A stretch of DNA of 32,000 bases from assembly GCA_030606485.1 (NCBI GenBank), contig JAUWGH010000001.1:330001-362000 (forward strand). Reading direction: 5' to 3'. Each line of letters opens with the position of its first letter. The first letter of the stretch is position 1. Positions 9,088-17,751 of the stretch are shown one piece after another. This DNA is from Promethearchaeota archaeon. GTDB taxonomy: Archaea > Asgardarchaeota > Lokiarchaeia > Sigyniarchaeales > SOKP01. The notes below the pieces were generated by a model that was not told the origin of the DNA, made no database searches, and was given only the letters and a program-made list of their open reading frames with translations. Both the position numbers and the translations under genes were made by a program.

Positions 9088-9987
9088 CTATTCTATATTT
9101 ATTTCTAAATTTCCATTCTTAGTCAACTTAGCACGCAAATTAAATTTTTTCCTACATTTAGGACATTCAATCTTATAATTCACACTTATCTTTTTTTCGG
9201 CAGATTTTAAAGAAAGAGGCAATTGAATAAATTTAAATTGACAATATGGGCAAAAAAAAGTTAAATCCTCTGTAGTTCTTAAACCTTCATGAAATTCTGA
9301 GGAAAATTCTTTTGAATCAATCAAATCCTTTTCTAAAACCTCACTAGTGTCAAGATTTGTATCTAATGGACCAAATACAACAGAACCCCAAGATTTTTTA
9401 AGAAAATCATTTTTATTCAAACTAAGATTTTGTCGAAAATATTGCAGTAATTCTTGCTGACGTAAATCACCTACTGGAGCGAAAATGGAGCCACCAACTT
9501 TTAATTGAGCTAATAAATCTAGTGAAATATCTTTAATACTTGCAGTTATTATGATCCTATCCCACGGAGAATTTTCAATATCTCCCTCAAGAGGTTGCCC
9601 ATTTAGGACTTTAATTTGGTCATTTAACTCAATTCTCTCCAAATTTCTTCTGGTTTGTTCTACTACTAGAGAATTTGCATCAATAATTGAAATAAATCCA
9701 TCTGTAATAATCTTTTTGGCTAAGGCTCCGATATATCCTAATTTTGAACCGATAATTAACAACCGATCATCATAATCTAAATCTAAAAGTTCTAATAGAA
9801 TAGCATTCATATGTGGAGCTGAGATATTTCTCCCTAAATGGGGGAAAATCACTGGTGTATCAAATAAAAATCGCTCAACTTGATCTTTAGGTACAAAATT
9901 TGTAAATGGAACCTCCCTAAAAGCCTCCTCGACTTTCTTTGATTTAATGAATTTCCTTTGCTTTAAATATTGTATTAAATCTTCCAT
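9088..9987 (-). CDS. pcm: Protein-L-isoaspartate O-methyltransferase-like protein with C-terminal zinc ribbon
   Basis: VEEAFREVP..FVP, ISAPHM, WDRIIITAS, QLKVGG..FAPVG; SAM motif degenerate (IIGSKLGY); extra C-terminal CPYC...CPKC. Confidence 0.75.
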   Translation of the reverse strand: MEDLIQYLKQRKFIKSKKVEEAFREVPFTNFVPKDQVERFLFDTPVIFPHLGRNISAPHMNAILLELLDLDYDDRLLIIGSKLGYIGALAKKIITDGFISIIDANSLVVEQTRRNLERIELNDQIKVLNGQPLEGDIENSPWDRIIITASIKDISLDLLAQLKVGGSIFAPVGDLRQQELLQYFRQNLSLNKNDFLKKSWGSVVFGPLDTNLDTSEVLEKDLIDSKEFSSEFHEGLRTTEDLTFFCPYCQFKFIQLPLSLKSAEKKISVNYKIECPKCRKKFNLRAKLTKNGNLEINIE

Positions 9988-10090
9988 TTAAAATTTCAAA
10001 CTATAAATTTAATAATATGAATATAAGATTTGTTTATTTTAAATTTGAAGGTTATTTTTATGAAAATTTAATATTTTGCGTTTAAATCTA

Positions 10091-10666
10091 TCAAACTAAA
10101 TCATAATTTTTCTTAATTTTTTTACAACAACTATGACAAAGTCTTGCCGGCTTTTCATCAGTATCATCAATACAGTTAGAAAATCGCATAACACATTTAT
10201 TAATACAGTGTTTAAGTCCCAGAGTATGCCCTAACTCATGAATTGCCTCCTTGATTGCTCTATCTCTAAAAAGTACATCATTTTTCGGTAGATTATAAAA
10301 TTCTTCTTTTAATCTCTTAAAAGAAATAATAGCCGAAACACTCTCTGGAATTATTGATTGTGATGGCATAAAAGCGACACCAAAAACAAAATTCAATCTT
10401 TCAGTATATAAATCCTCTGATGTAATGGCTAATATCCTGTAATATTCTTCTTTTATTCCAATCTCTTTCACATCATCTAAAATTCTCGAAGCATTATACT
10501 GATTTCTATGTTTATTGTAATATTTTTTTAAAATCCCTTTAGAATTCTCGATAATATGTATTTCTTCAAAAATTCCGTTAAATAGTTTTATTAAGTCTAA
10601 CTGAAGATTTTCAATAATTTCGGCAATTAAAGGGTTTAATTTTATTATAATTAGATCTTTCTTCAT
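10091..10666 (-). CDS. amzA: Archaemetzincin (AmzA-type zinc metalloprotease)
   Basis: RNQYNA, DLY..RLNFVFG, HELGHTLGLKHC...CVMRFSN..D.D.K...LCHSC. Confidence 0.9.
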   Translation of the reverse strand: MKKDLIIIKLNPLIAEIIENLQLDLIKLFNGIFEEIHIIENSKGILKKYYNKHRNQYNASRILDDVKEIGIKEEYYRILAITSEDLYTERLNFVFGVAFMPSQSIIPESVSAIISFKRLKEEFYNLPKNDVLFRDRAIKEAIHELGHTLGLKHCINKCVMRFSNCIDDTDEKPARLCHSCCKKIKKNYDLV

Positions 10667-10765
10667 TGATTTAATTAACCTATCTTATATAAAATTTAAC
10701 GTGTGACTCTTTTTATTAGTATTTTTAATTATGTATTCATTATTATAAAGAAAACATTCAAAAAA

Positions 10766-10867
10766 TGGGAAGGGAGGGATTCGAACCCCCGACCTCTAAC
10801 TCCCAAAGCTAGATTTTTGCTGAAAAGAATATCTTTATAGTATCATACCAAGCTAGACTACCTTCCC
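10766..10867 (-). tRNA. tRNA-Pro(UGG) with a 28-nt non-canonical intron (10814-10841, best fit position 25/26)
   Basis: Acceptor GGGAAGG/CCTTCCC+A, D arm GTCT-AGCTTGGTA-TGAT, anticodon arm CTAGC-TTTGGGA-GTTAG, T arm GGGGG-TTCGAAT-CCCTC. Removing 28 nt gives a 74-nt cloverleaf. Confidence 0.92.
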
Positions 10868-11210
10868 AGAGAGATTTTATTTCAGCAATTTAATTCTTTT
10901 TATTAAATTAAAGTTTATAAAAATAATAATAATTCATCGTATTAAAATTAAATGCGAAGTGAATTATAAGTTATTTTCAAATCTTGAAGAAGTAAATTAA
11001 AGAATGATTAATTTCCTTTTTAATAAAAATGTTTATGATTTTCTTCTCAGTGTGAATAATTTTTTTTTTAAATTATGATTAAGAATATCCTTTTTTGAAC
11101 TGATTTTCGTTATAAGTCCATTTAAAATAATTATATAAATCAATATTTTTGTTATGTTTATAGAAAAACAACTGATTAATTTTTGTCGCCTTATTACAAC
11201 TAAAGAATAA

Positions 11211-14171
11211 TTGGAATACAAAATGGAATACGGAAAAATTGCCATAAAAATAGGACAAAAGAAATATGAAAATGCTACTGATGATCTTATTGATTTAATT
11301 AATTACGCAGAATCTAAATCAGACAAAGATACTACATATAAATCTTTAGAATTGCTCAACTTAATTTGCGACAAGAATCCTTCTGTAGTTTCTAAAATTA
11401 TAAGAGAAATTGAACCATTTATCAACTATCCTGATGAATGGATAAGGCTAGTTGCATTAGAGATTCTTTATAAGATTAGTATATATCGGCCCAATGATCT
11501 TTTAGATTTACTTGATCCCATTAAAGAAAGATTATGGGATAAGGATTCTTTTGTAAGAAGCTTAAGTGTTAAAATTTTAGGGACATTGATTAATTCTACT
11601 CATTTAGATTTATCAGAAATTGGCTCAGATTTCATAACAAAATTGAATGATGTAGAATGGAGGGTAAAATTATTAACATCAAAAAGAATAGTTAAGATAT
11701 TAACCGAAAATCCTTCTAAAATCAAAAAAACCGATGCTCTTATAAAAAGTGTCGTAAATAATTTTAGAGAGGAAAATGAAGAAATAAGGGAATTTGCTGG
11801 AAAAATTTTCAAACTTTTAGGGTTTTCATCTATTATACCTAAGGAAGAATTTTTTGAATTAATTCAGAATTTATTAAAGGATAATGATTGGCGAGTTAGA
11901 GAAACTATTATTGATATTATTGGGGAAATCTGTAATAAATATTCCTCAGAAATTAAAGATCTAATTCCACAATTAATCAATTTATTAGGAGATCATAGCC
12001 ATGTTATTCAATCTAAAACAATAAATTCACTTATAAAGATTGCAAAAATCCATTTTGATGAAGTATTTTCCAATTTAATAACCAAGTTGGATACTGATAA
12101 TATTGAATTAAGAAACAATATTGAAGAAACCCTGCTTTATTTAGCACAAGAAAATATTGAAAATATATCTATTTACATTTTTGAAGAATTAAACAATCCT
12201 TTACTAAAAATAAGAACTACAATCTCTAGGGTTTTAACAAACTTATATGATGAGAATGAAAATGATATTGAAAATGAAATATTAAAATTATTCAATAAAT
12301 TTGAGTCAAAACTGTGGAGAAAACGTAAGAATTTAGTTAATCTCTTAACGGATATTGCATTAATTTTAAAAAGCGAGAAAATTTACGTTTTAATTGGTTC
12401 TGAATTAAAAAAAAAACTTTTAAAAGAAAAAGACGTAGAAGTAAAAGAAGAAATTGAAATTAATTTGATCCAATTAAAAGATGCTTATGAAAATCTTGAT
12501 ACTGAAATTGATAAAGTCCAACAGGATGTTGAGTTTTTTAATTATAATTTTTTAAGATTTACTAATTACCCAAGTGAGTTTAGAGAAATAATAAGTTCTT
12601 ATATTAGGAACCTCCAATTTGATAAGGCCGAAATCGAGTTAAATGAGAGTTTTAAAGATTTTCTTAAGCAATTAGATGATTTTGATAATGAAATTAAATC
12701 TTTTAATGTTAAACATCTTGTTGTTGATATCTTGGAAGAATGGGAGGATATTAAAATTCAACTAATTGAAGAAATTAGCATAATAAAAGAATATGAGTTT
12801 AAAAAATTAGAGAAGAAAAAAGATAATTATAAATTAAAATTAAATGATAAAATAAAAAATATTGAAGATCGCATTAAGATCTTATCAATTGAATTTGATC
12901 TCATAAAGGATTTTGATAAAAAATTAAATAGTCTAATAAAAACTCATAAGGATTTATCTTCATTTCACTCCTCTGATTTAAAGGAAAAATTTAATCAAAT
13001 CACAACTGTCCGTTCTAAACTGTTCAAATTTGAATCTGAAATTGGGCAGATGATGTTAGAAAATCTTGAATTTAAGGATTTATTTAAGGATTTAATAATC
13101 CAATGGATTGATGTTAAATTAGACGTCCAAAAAGAATTATATAATATAAATGAGAATTTATTGGCTTTTGAGGATTTAGTTACCAATCTAGATAAGATAG
13201 ATTTTAAACAAGATGTGCCTGTTAGTGAAATAAATATTAAAAGTAAATTTTCAAATGTTTTCCTAAATTCTTTAATAGCTTCTCAACTTATTGAACATCA
13301 AATTCAAAATATAACTTCTCAAGCAATTGAGAAAATTAATGAATTTTATTCAGAGTTCGAAGATCTTCATATTAAAGTTCAAACACTCCTTAAAAGTAGT
13401 GATTTTGAAAATATAACAAATATTCAAAAATTAACTTCAGAAAGAATAAAAAAATTTATTCAAGATATTGATTATGAACTTAATCATTTGATCTTTGAAA
13501 ATAAGCAATTTAAATACCAAGAACCTGTGATAAGTCAATTCAGACCTTACTTAGAAAATTGGAGTAATTCTAAATTTTTATTAGAAAAAAAGTTAAAAAA
13601 TTTTAATAACACAACTCAAGATTTTTTATTTATTGGGCGATTAAATAAATTTTTAGAAATTATGAATCCTATTTCAATTGAGCTTATAGCAACTAAATTT
13701 AATATGGATAACAAAATTCTAAAGAGTAAAATTTTCGAATTGATCAGAAATAATAAAATTAAGGGAAGAATTGTTGAAAATAAGCTTTACTCTTCAAAAA
13801 GGCAGATTTTCTTAGCGGATGAGAATAATCTATTATTATTTAAAAACATTAAACTCCTTGGAAATAAAGTTTTCTTTAATTTTAAAATCACAAATCCAAC
13901 TAATTACACTTTAAAAGATGTTATTATTCGGTTTAATCATCCAAAATATTTATCATTCTTAAAGGAAAATCCTAATCCAAAATTTTTTAGTATTGAAGAA
14001 TTTCCACCAGGTTCAGTTAAAAAATTTAAATATATTTTAAGAATTGATCGAGATAATAATGAATTTAACCAAGCAATGGATGCTCATGAAGTAAAGCTAG
14101 ATATCTATTTTCGAGACTCTCTAAAAAATTTAAAAAAAATAACTCGACGGTTAGATCTCTTATTCTCTTAA
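11211..14171 (+). CDS. Large HEAT-repeat protein with helical repeats, PCI-like winged helix and C-terminal Ig-like beta-sandwich
   Basis: About 10 HEAT-type units (DEWIRLVALEIL, DSFVRSLSVKIL, EWRVK, DWRVRETIIDII and others); PCI-like ISIELIATKFNM...IFELIRNNKIKGRI at about aa 814-860; beta-rich tail (FNFKITNPTNYTLKDVIIRF...FPPGSVKKFKYIL). Start is TTG 11211 or ATG 11223. Confidence 0.7.
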   Translation: MEYKMEYGKIAIKIGQKKYENATDDLIDLINYAESKSDKDTTYKSLELLNLICDKNPSVVSKIIREIEPFINYPDEWIRLVALEILYKISIYRPNDLLDLLDPIKERLWDKDSFVRSLSVKILGTLINSTHLDLSEIGSDFITKLNDVEWRVKLLTSKRIVKILTENPSKIKKTDALIKSVVNNFREENEEIREFAGKIFKLLGFSSIIPKEEFFELIQNLLKDNDWRVRETIIDIIGEICNKYSSEIKDLIPQLINLLGDHSHVIQSKTINSLIKIAKIHFDEVFSNLITKLDTDNIELRNNIEETLLYLAQENIENISIYIFEELNNPLLKIRTTISRVLTNLYDENENDIENEILKLFNKFESKLWRKRKNLVNLLTDIALILKSEKIYVLIGSELKKKLLKEKDVEVKEEIEINLIQLKDAYENLDTEIDKVQQDVEFFNYNFLRFTNYPSEFREIISSYIRNLQFDKAEIELNESFKDFLKQLDDFDNEIKSFNVKHLVVDILEEWEDIKIQLIEEISIIKEYEFKKLEKKKDNYKLKLNDKIKNIEDRIKILSIEFDLIKDFDKKLNSLIKTHKDLSSFHSSDLKEKFNQITTVRSKLFKFESEIGQMMLENLEFKDLFKDLIIQWIDVKLDVQKELYNINENLLAFEDLVTNLDKIDFKQDVPVSEINIKSKFSNVFLNSLIASQLIEHQIQNITSQAIEKINEFYSEFEDLHIKVQTLLKSSDFENITNIQKLTSERIKKFIQDIDYELNHLIFENKQFKYQEPVISQFRPYLENWSNSKFLLEKKLKNFNNTTQDFLFIGRLNKFLEIMNPISIELIATKFNMDNKILKSKIFELIRNNKIKGRIVENKLYSSKRQIFLADENNLLLFKNIKLLGNKVFFNFKITNPTNYTLKDVIIRFNHPKYLSFLKENPNPKFFSIEEFPPGSVKKFKYILRIDRDNNEFNQAMDAHEVKLDIYFRDSLKNLKKITRRLDLLFS

Positions 14172-14173
14172 AA

Positions 14174-14965
14174 TTACGCAATTATTTTGCCATCCAATTC
14201 GATTATTTTCTTCTTAATTATTTCTAATACCTGATTTATAATCTCTTCAGCATTTTCAATATTGAATGCAGTAATTGATAACTCAATATCTAATTTTTCT
14301 GTAAGTTTTGGGTGGCTTTTTAAATAGATTTCAGGAAATCGCTTCTGAATTGCGGAAATCATAGGAGCAACTTCTGATTCACCTATACCTTGAAAAAATA
14401 AGGTTTTTTCCATAAATGTTCCTGCATCTTTTTTTAAAATAGGAATTACATGCAATTTAACAATGCCCTTTAATTCAGCTGGTACTCCCGGCAAGCAAAT
14501 AATTGTCGATTTTCCTTCCTTAATTTCTACTCCTGGAGCGGTTCCAACAGGATTACTTAAAGGATAAGAATTTTCTGGCAAATATGCCATTTTTTCACGA
14601 GTTTCTGTCATTCCTCCAACTGGAAGAATTCCTCTACGATGAATATTATCATACCTTCTCTTAAGCATACTATATGCCATTTTATCAAGTTTCAGTTCTC
14701 TATTTAACCCTTTTGCGATACCTTTTAATGTTAAATCCTCCCAAGTAGGACCTAAACCTCCTGAAGTAATTATAACATCAGGCGAACGGTCTAAAGATTC
14801 CTTAAGGGTTGTAGCTATTATACCTATATCGTCTGGAATCGTGGTAATCCTAGTAACTATGTGCCCAAACTTAGTTATGTGTCTGGCTAACCATGATGAA
14901 TTCGTATCTCGCGTTTTACCTATTAAAATTTCGTTTCCAATTATTATAATCTCTATCTTTTTCAT
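14174..14965 (-). CDS. CinA-like molybdopterin-binding-domain protein (competence/damage-inducible A, N-terminal type)
   Basis: IIIIGNEILIGKTRDTNSSWLA, IPDD, VIITSGGLGPT-EDLT, NPVGTAPG, CLPGVPAELK, IGESEVA, IYLKSHP; lacks a C-terminal NMN deamidase domain. Confidence 0.88.
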   Translation of the reverse strand: MKKIEIIIIGNEILIGKTRDTNSSWLARHITKFGHIVTRITTIPDDIGIIATTLKESLDRSPDVIITSGGLGPTWEDLTLKGIAKGLNRELKLDKMAYSMLKRRYDNIHRRGILPVGGMTETREKMAYLPENSYPLSNPVGTAPGVEIKEGKSTIICLPGVPAELKGIVKLHVIPILKKDAGTFMEKTLFFQGIGESEVAPMISAIQKRFPEIYLKSHPKLTEKLDIELSITAFNIENAEEIINQVLEIIKKKIIELDGKIIA

Positions 14966-14989
14966 TTTCGTTCATTTAATTATCTAAAA

Positions 14990-15196
14990 TTATTGAGGTG
15001 GCTTTCCACCTGGACGAGATTCTGTAGCTGGTTTTCCTGCTATACCCCAGTGTGTTTTTGGAATTTCATATACGATAACCTCTACAGCACGGGTAGGAAT
15101 GCCCATATCCACAAAAACTTTAGTTATTCCTGCTATAATTACTTTAATTTTTTCTTCCGAAATCCCTTTCCATACATTTACTTGAACAAATGGCAT
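14990..15196 (-). CDS. 4-oxalocrotonate tautomerase family protein
   Basis: Starts M-P (catalytic Pro1), 68 aa, V-x-V-I-V-Y-E-I-P-K-T-H-W-G-I-A-G; GGTGA Shine-Dalgarno upstream. Confidence 0.9.
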   Translation of the reverse strand: MPFVQVNVWKGISEEKIKVIIAGITKVFVDMGIPTRAVEVIVYEIPKTHWGIAGKPATESRPGGKPPQ

Positions 15197-15337
15197 AAAA
15201 TATCACCTTTAATTTATTTGTTTGTTTATATTGAAATATTGATTTTTTTTTCCAATATTATATAGATTAGATTTAAAAATTTTAAAATCTTATCAAAATA
15301 AAGAAAATTTGAAGTATATTGAGATTGAAAACCCAAT

Positions 15338-15889
15338 TTGATTGAAATTGATGATTCTGGAACCGGAGATTTAGTTGGAGCAGCTTTTTTAGGTTTTTAT
15401 CGAAAAGAAACTGATCAAATGATCTTTAAAACCATACCAGTTGAGTTATTTTTTGAAGAGCCGTTTAAGAACAAGGAGCCGTTACAGAAAGCAGTAGAAC
15501 TAGTAAAAGAAACTTTTGCTGAAATGAATGTTTCTACGAATGAATTAATAAAAATATGTCGCGGAAATATATTTGATAAAGTTCGAAGTTACTTTATATT
15601 AACCAACCAAAATTATGAAGATACAAAAATAGAAGGGAAATTACAAGATGCTGTAGAAAGTAGGTATGTAAATCATCTAAGAGAATTGGGTGTAAGATCA
15701 AGAAATTTAACGATTGAAAGCGGTAAAAAACGTTTTTTTATTCTATTTGGTTGGGTTTGCAGAGATTTCTATAGACGAGAAAAATACGTAAAATCTGGAT
15801 TCAAAAGATGGCGAACTATATGGAGAGATCGAGCAATTGAAAAATATGAGATATTTCAAAAGGATAAAAAAAACAGATTAAGAAAATAA
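15338..15889 (+). CDS. Uncharacterised protein with RNase HII/HIII-like N-terminal acidic motif
   Basis: Starts IEIDDSGTGDLVG, resembling the RNase H2/H3 D-E-x-G-x-G motif; later CRGNIFD and KIEGKLQDAVE; TTG start. Confidence 0.55.
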   Translation: MIEIDDSGTGDLVGAAFLGFYRKETDQMIFKTIPVELFFEEPFKNKEPLQKAVELVKETFAEMNVSTNELIKICRGNIFDKVRSYFILTNQNYEDTKIEGKLQDAVESRYVNHLRELGVRSRNLTIESGKKRFFILFGWVCRDFYRREKYVKSGFKRWRTIWRDRAIEKYEIFQKDKKNRLRK

Positions 15890-15978
15890 ATTCATAAAAA
15901 TAATTCAACTAAAAGATTAAAATTTATTGAACTCAAATATGATAGATTTAATAATTTCTTAAAATTTTTTTAAATTAT

Positions 15979-16788
15979 ATGTCTAAGCGTAAAAATATTA
16001 GAGTACTTTTTTTCGCACCACATGCAGATGATATTGAAATGGGTGCGCCTTTTATGTGTTTAGAGGCTTTAAAACTAGGGAATAACGTAACAGAAGTTAT
16101 AATGACAAATGATGAATATGGAACTAAAAGAAATGATTTTAAAGGAGAGCGGATCAAAAGAGTCCGAATCCATGAGATGGAGAAGGCAGCAGACGTATAT
16201 AAAAAATATACAGGCAATCAAATTAAATTAATTTGGGCGGGTTTTATTGATGGTTTTCTTCCTTTAAATAAAATTTCATTAAATTTTGTTCTAGATATTA
16301 TTAGAAAAGAGAAACCAGACATTATTTTTGCTCCTGATCCTTGGTACGCTATTGATTTCCATCGGGATCATTTGAATACCGCAAGACTTGTATATTTTGC
16401 TCTTAAAAGACTAAAAAAATCCGAATTACCAAAACGAGTGTTTTTCTTTTATTCATTTAAAACAAATATATCTATTAGAATTCGATTTAAAGATGTAAAA
16501 ATCGCGATTGAATCTATGTCTCAGCACAAAAGTCAAATATCTCCCTTACATTCCAAATTGCTCTTATTTTTTAGAAGAATTTTGTTAATCCATAAATTAA
16601 TAAAAACCGGAGCATTTTTAGTTCGTTATCGAGAACTTCATTTTATTGGTGGAAAACCTGAAAAACATGCTCTAATTAAATCGATAAGGGAAAAATTAAG
16701 ATATTGTTTTTTTTTCAAATTGTCGAATCATCCCTGTGAAGAATTATATACTCCAATTCCAGAAGAATTAGGTTTAATAAGAAAATAA
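15979..16788 (+). CDS. PIG-L/LmbE family deacetylase
   Basis: VLFFAPHADDIEMG, MTNDEYG, R..EMEKAA, IRKEKPDIIFAPDP, HRDH. Confidence 0.88.
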   Translation: MSKRKNIRVLFFAPHADDIEMGAPFMCLEALKLGNNVTEVIMTNDEYGTKRNDFKGERIKRVRIHEMEKAADVYKKYTGNQIKLIWAGFIDGFLPLNKISLNFVLDIIRKEKPDIIFAPDPWYAIDFHRDHLNTARLVYFALKRLKKSELPKRVFFFYSFKTNISIRIRFKDVKIAIESMSQHKSQISPLHSKLLLFFRRILLIHKLIKTGAFLVRYRELHFIGGKPEKHALIKSIREKLRYCFFFKLSNHPCEELYTPIPEELGLIRK

Positions 16789-16819
16789 GATAAGATTTTC
16801 AATTTGATTAAAAGAAAAA

Positions 16820-17449
16820 TTATCCATTACTCAACGGTGTTCCACAATGAGAACATATTTTCTCGTCAATTACAATTTCTCCACCACAAAATGGACATGA
16901 CCGAGTCGGCTTCTTTAATTTATTCTCTTTTTTTTGACTTTCTTTCTCTGAATTCACTGTAGGTTTTGTTTTATTTTTCGGTATTATAGTTTTAAAATCA
17001 TATTTTTTTGGTTTAATTTGTTTGAATCCATTTGGAATATTTTTTGATTCTTGTACTGATTTAACTTTTTGATCTGAACTTATAATATCATCCTTTATTG
17101 TTCCATTATCTACTGATGAATCCAATGTCTCAGGGTCACTAGTAGGTGTTTCTGGTAGATCATTAATTAATGTAGATATTTTATCTTCCTCAAGTTCTAT
17201 AATTCTCTGTTCTTTTTGTTGCATTTTTAATTTTAAAGATTTTACGTGATTAATGATGTTTCTTATTTTCTTTACAAGCATATTTTTATAAGTTATATCC
17301 ATCTTAGGATTTTTCGTAAATTGTAAGCAAAATTCACTGATTTCTATCCAGGCTTTTATTGACTTTTTGTAATTCTTTAAATTATCATATCCTTTTGCTT
17401 TATCAACCAAATCTTTTAATTTTTCATTAAAAGTAACAATATGACTCAA
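16820..17449 (-). CDS. MIT-like three-helix domain + disordered linker + C-terminal zinc ribbon
   Basis: N-terminal A-x-x-Y-D-x-x-K-N-Y-x-x-S-I-x-x-W pattern followed by helices ending KIRNIINHVKSLK; C-terminal CPFCGGEI...ICSHCGTPL; TTG start. Confidence 0.55.
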   Translation of the reverse strand: MSHIVTFNEKLKDLVDKAKGYDNLKNYKKSIKAWIEISEFCLQFTKNPKMDITYKNMLVKKIRNIINHVKSLKLKMQQKEQRIIELEEDKISTLINDLPETPTSDPETLDSSVDNGTIKDDIISSDQKVKSVQESKNIPNGFKQIKPKKYDFKTIIPKNKTKPTVNSEKESQKKENKLKKPTRSCPFCGGEIVIDEKICSHCGTPLSNG

Positions 17450-17751
17450 TTATTGAGCGCCTTGATTTGAATTATTAAGTAAATTTTAAAGATTAATTTG
17501 TTTTAAATAAAACGAATTGTTCTGATAAATGTTTTTATCTCCAATTGTTTCTATAATTTTTTTTTTTAAGAGTCGATTTTTGGTATGTTTTTATTTAAAA
17601 TAATTCATTTTAATATTTTAATCGAATTTTAACAATATTTCCATTTATAAATAATTATATAAATTTTATAATAATAATTATCTAATTATTAGTATTATAA
17701 TACGTTAAAATTAAGAATATATAATCAAACTGATTAATTAGAGCGAAATTT

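Noticed and set aside
4763-9775. ORFs 4763-4954, 6228-6743, 7028-7279, 9551-9775
   Set aside because: Lie antisense within confidently called genes; composition (F/S/I-rich) is typical of reverse-complemented K/E-rich coding sequence.
11033-16217. ORFs 11033-11245, 11600-11812, 12995-13186, 14993-15265, 15975-16217
   Set aside because: Antisense to or overlapping real genes and promoters; no recognisable features.
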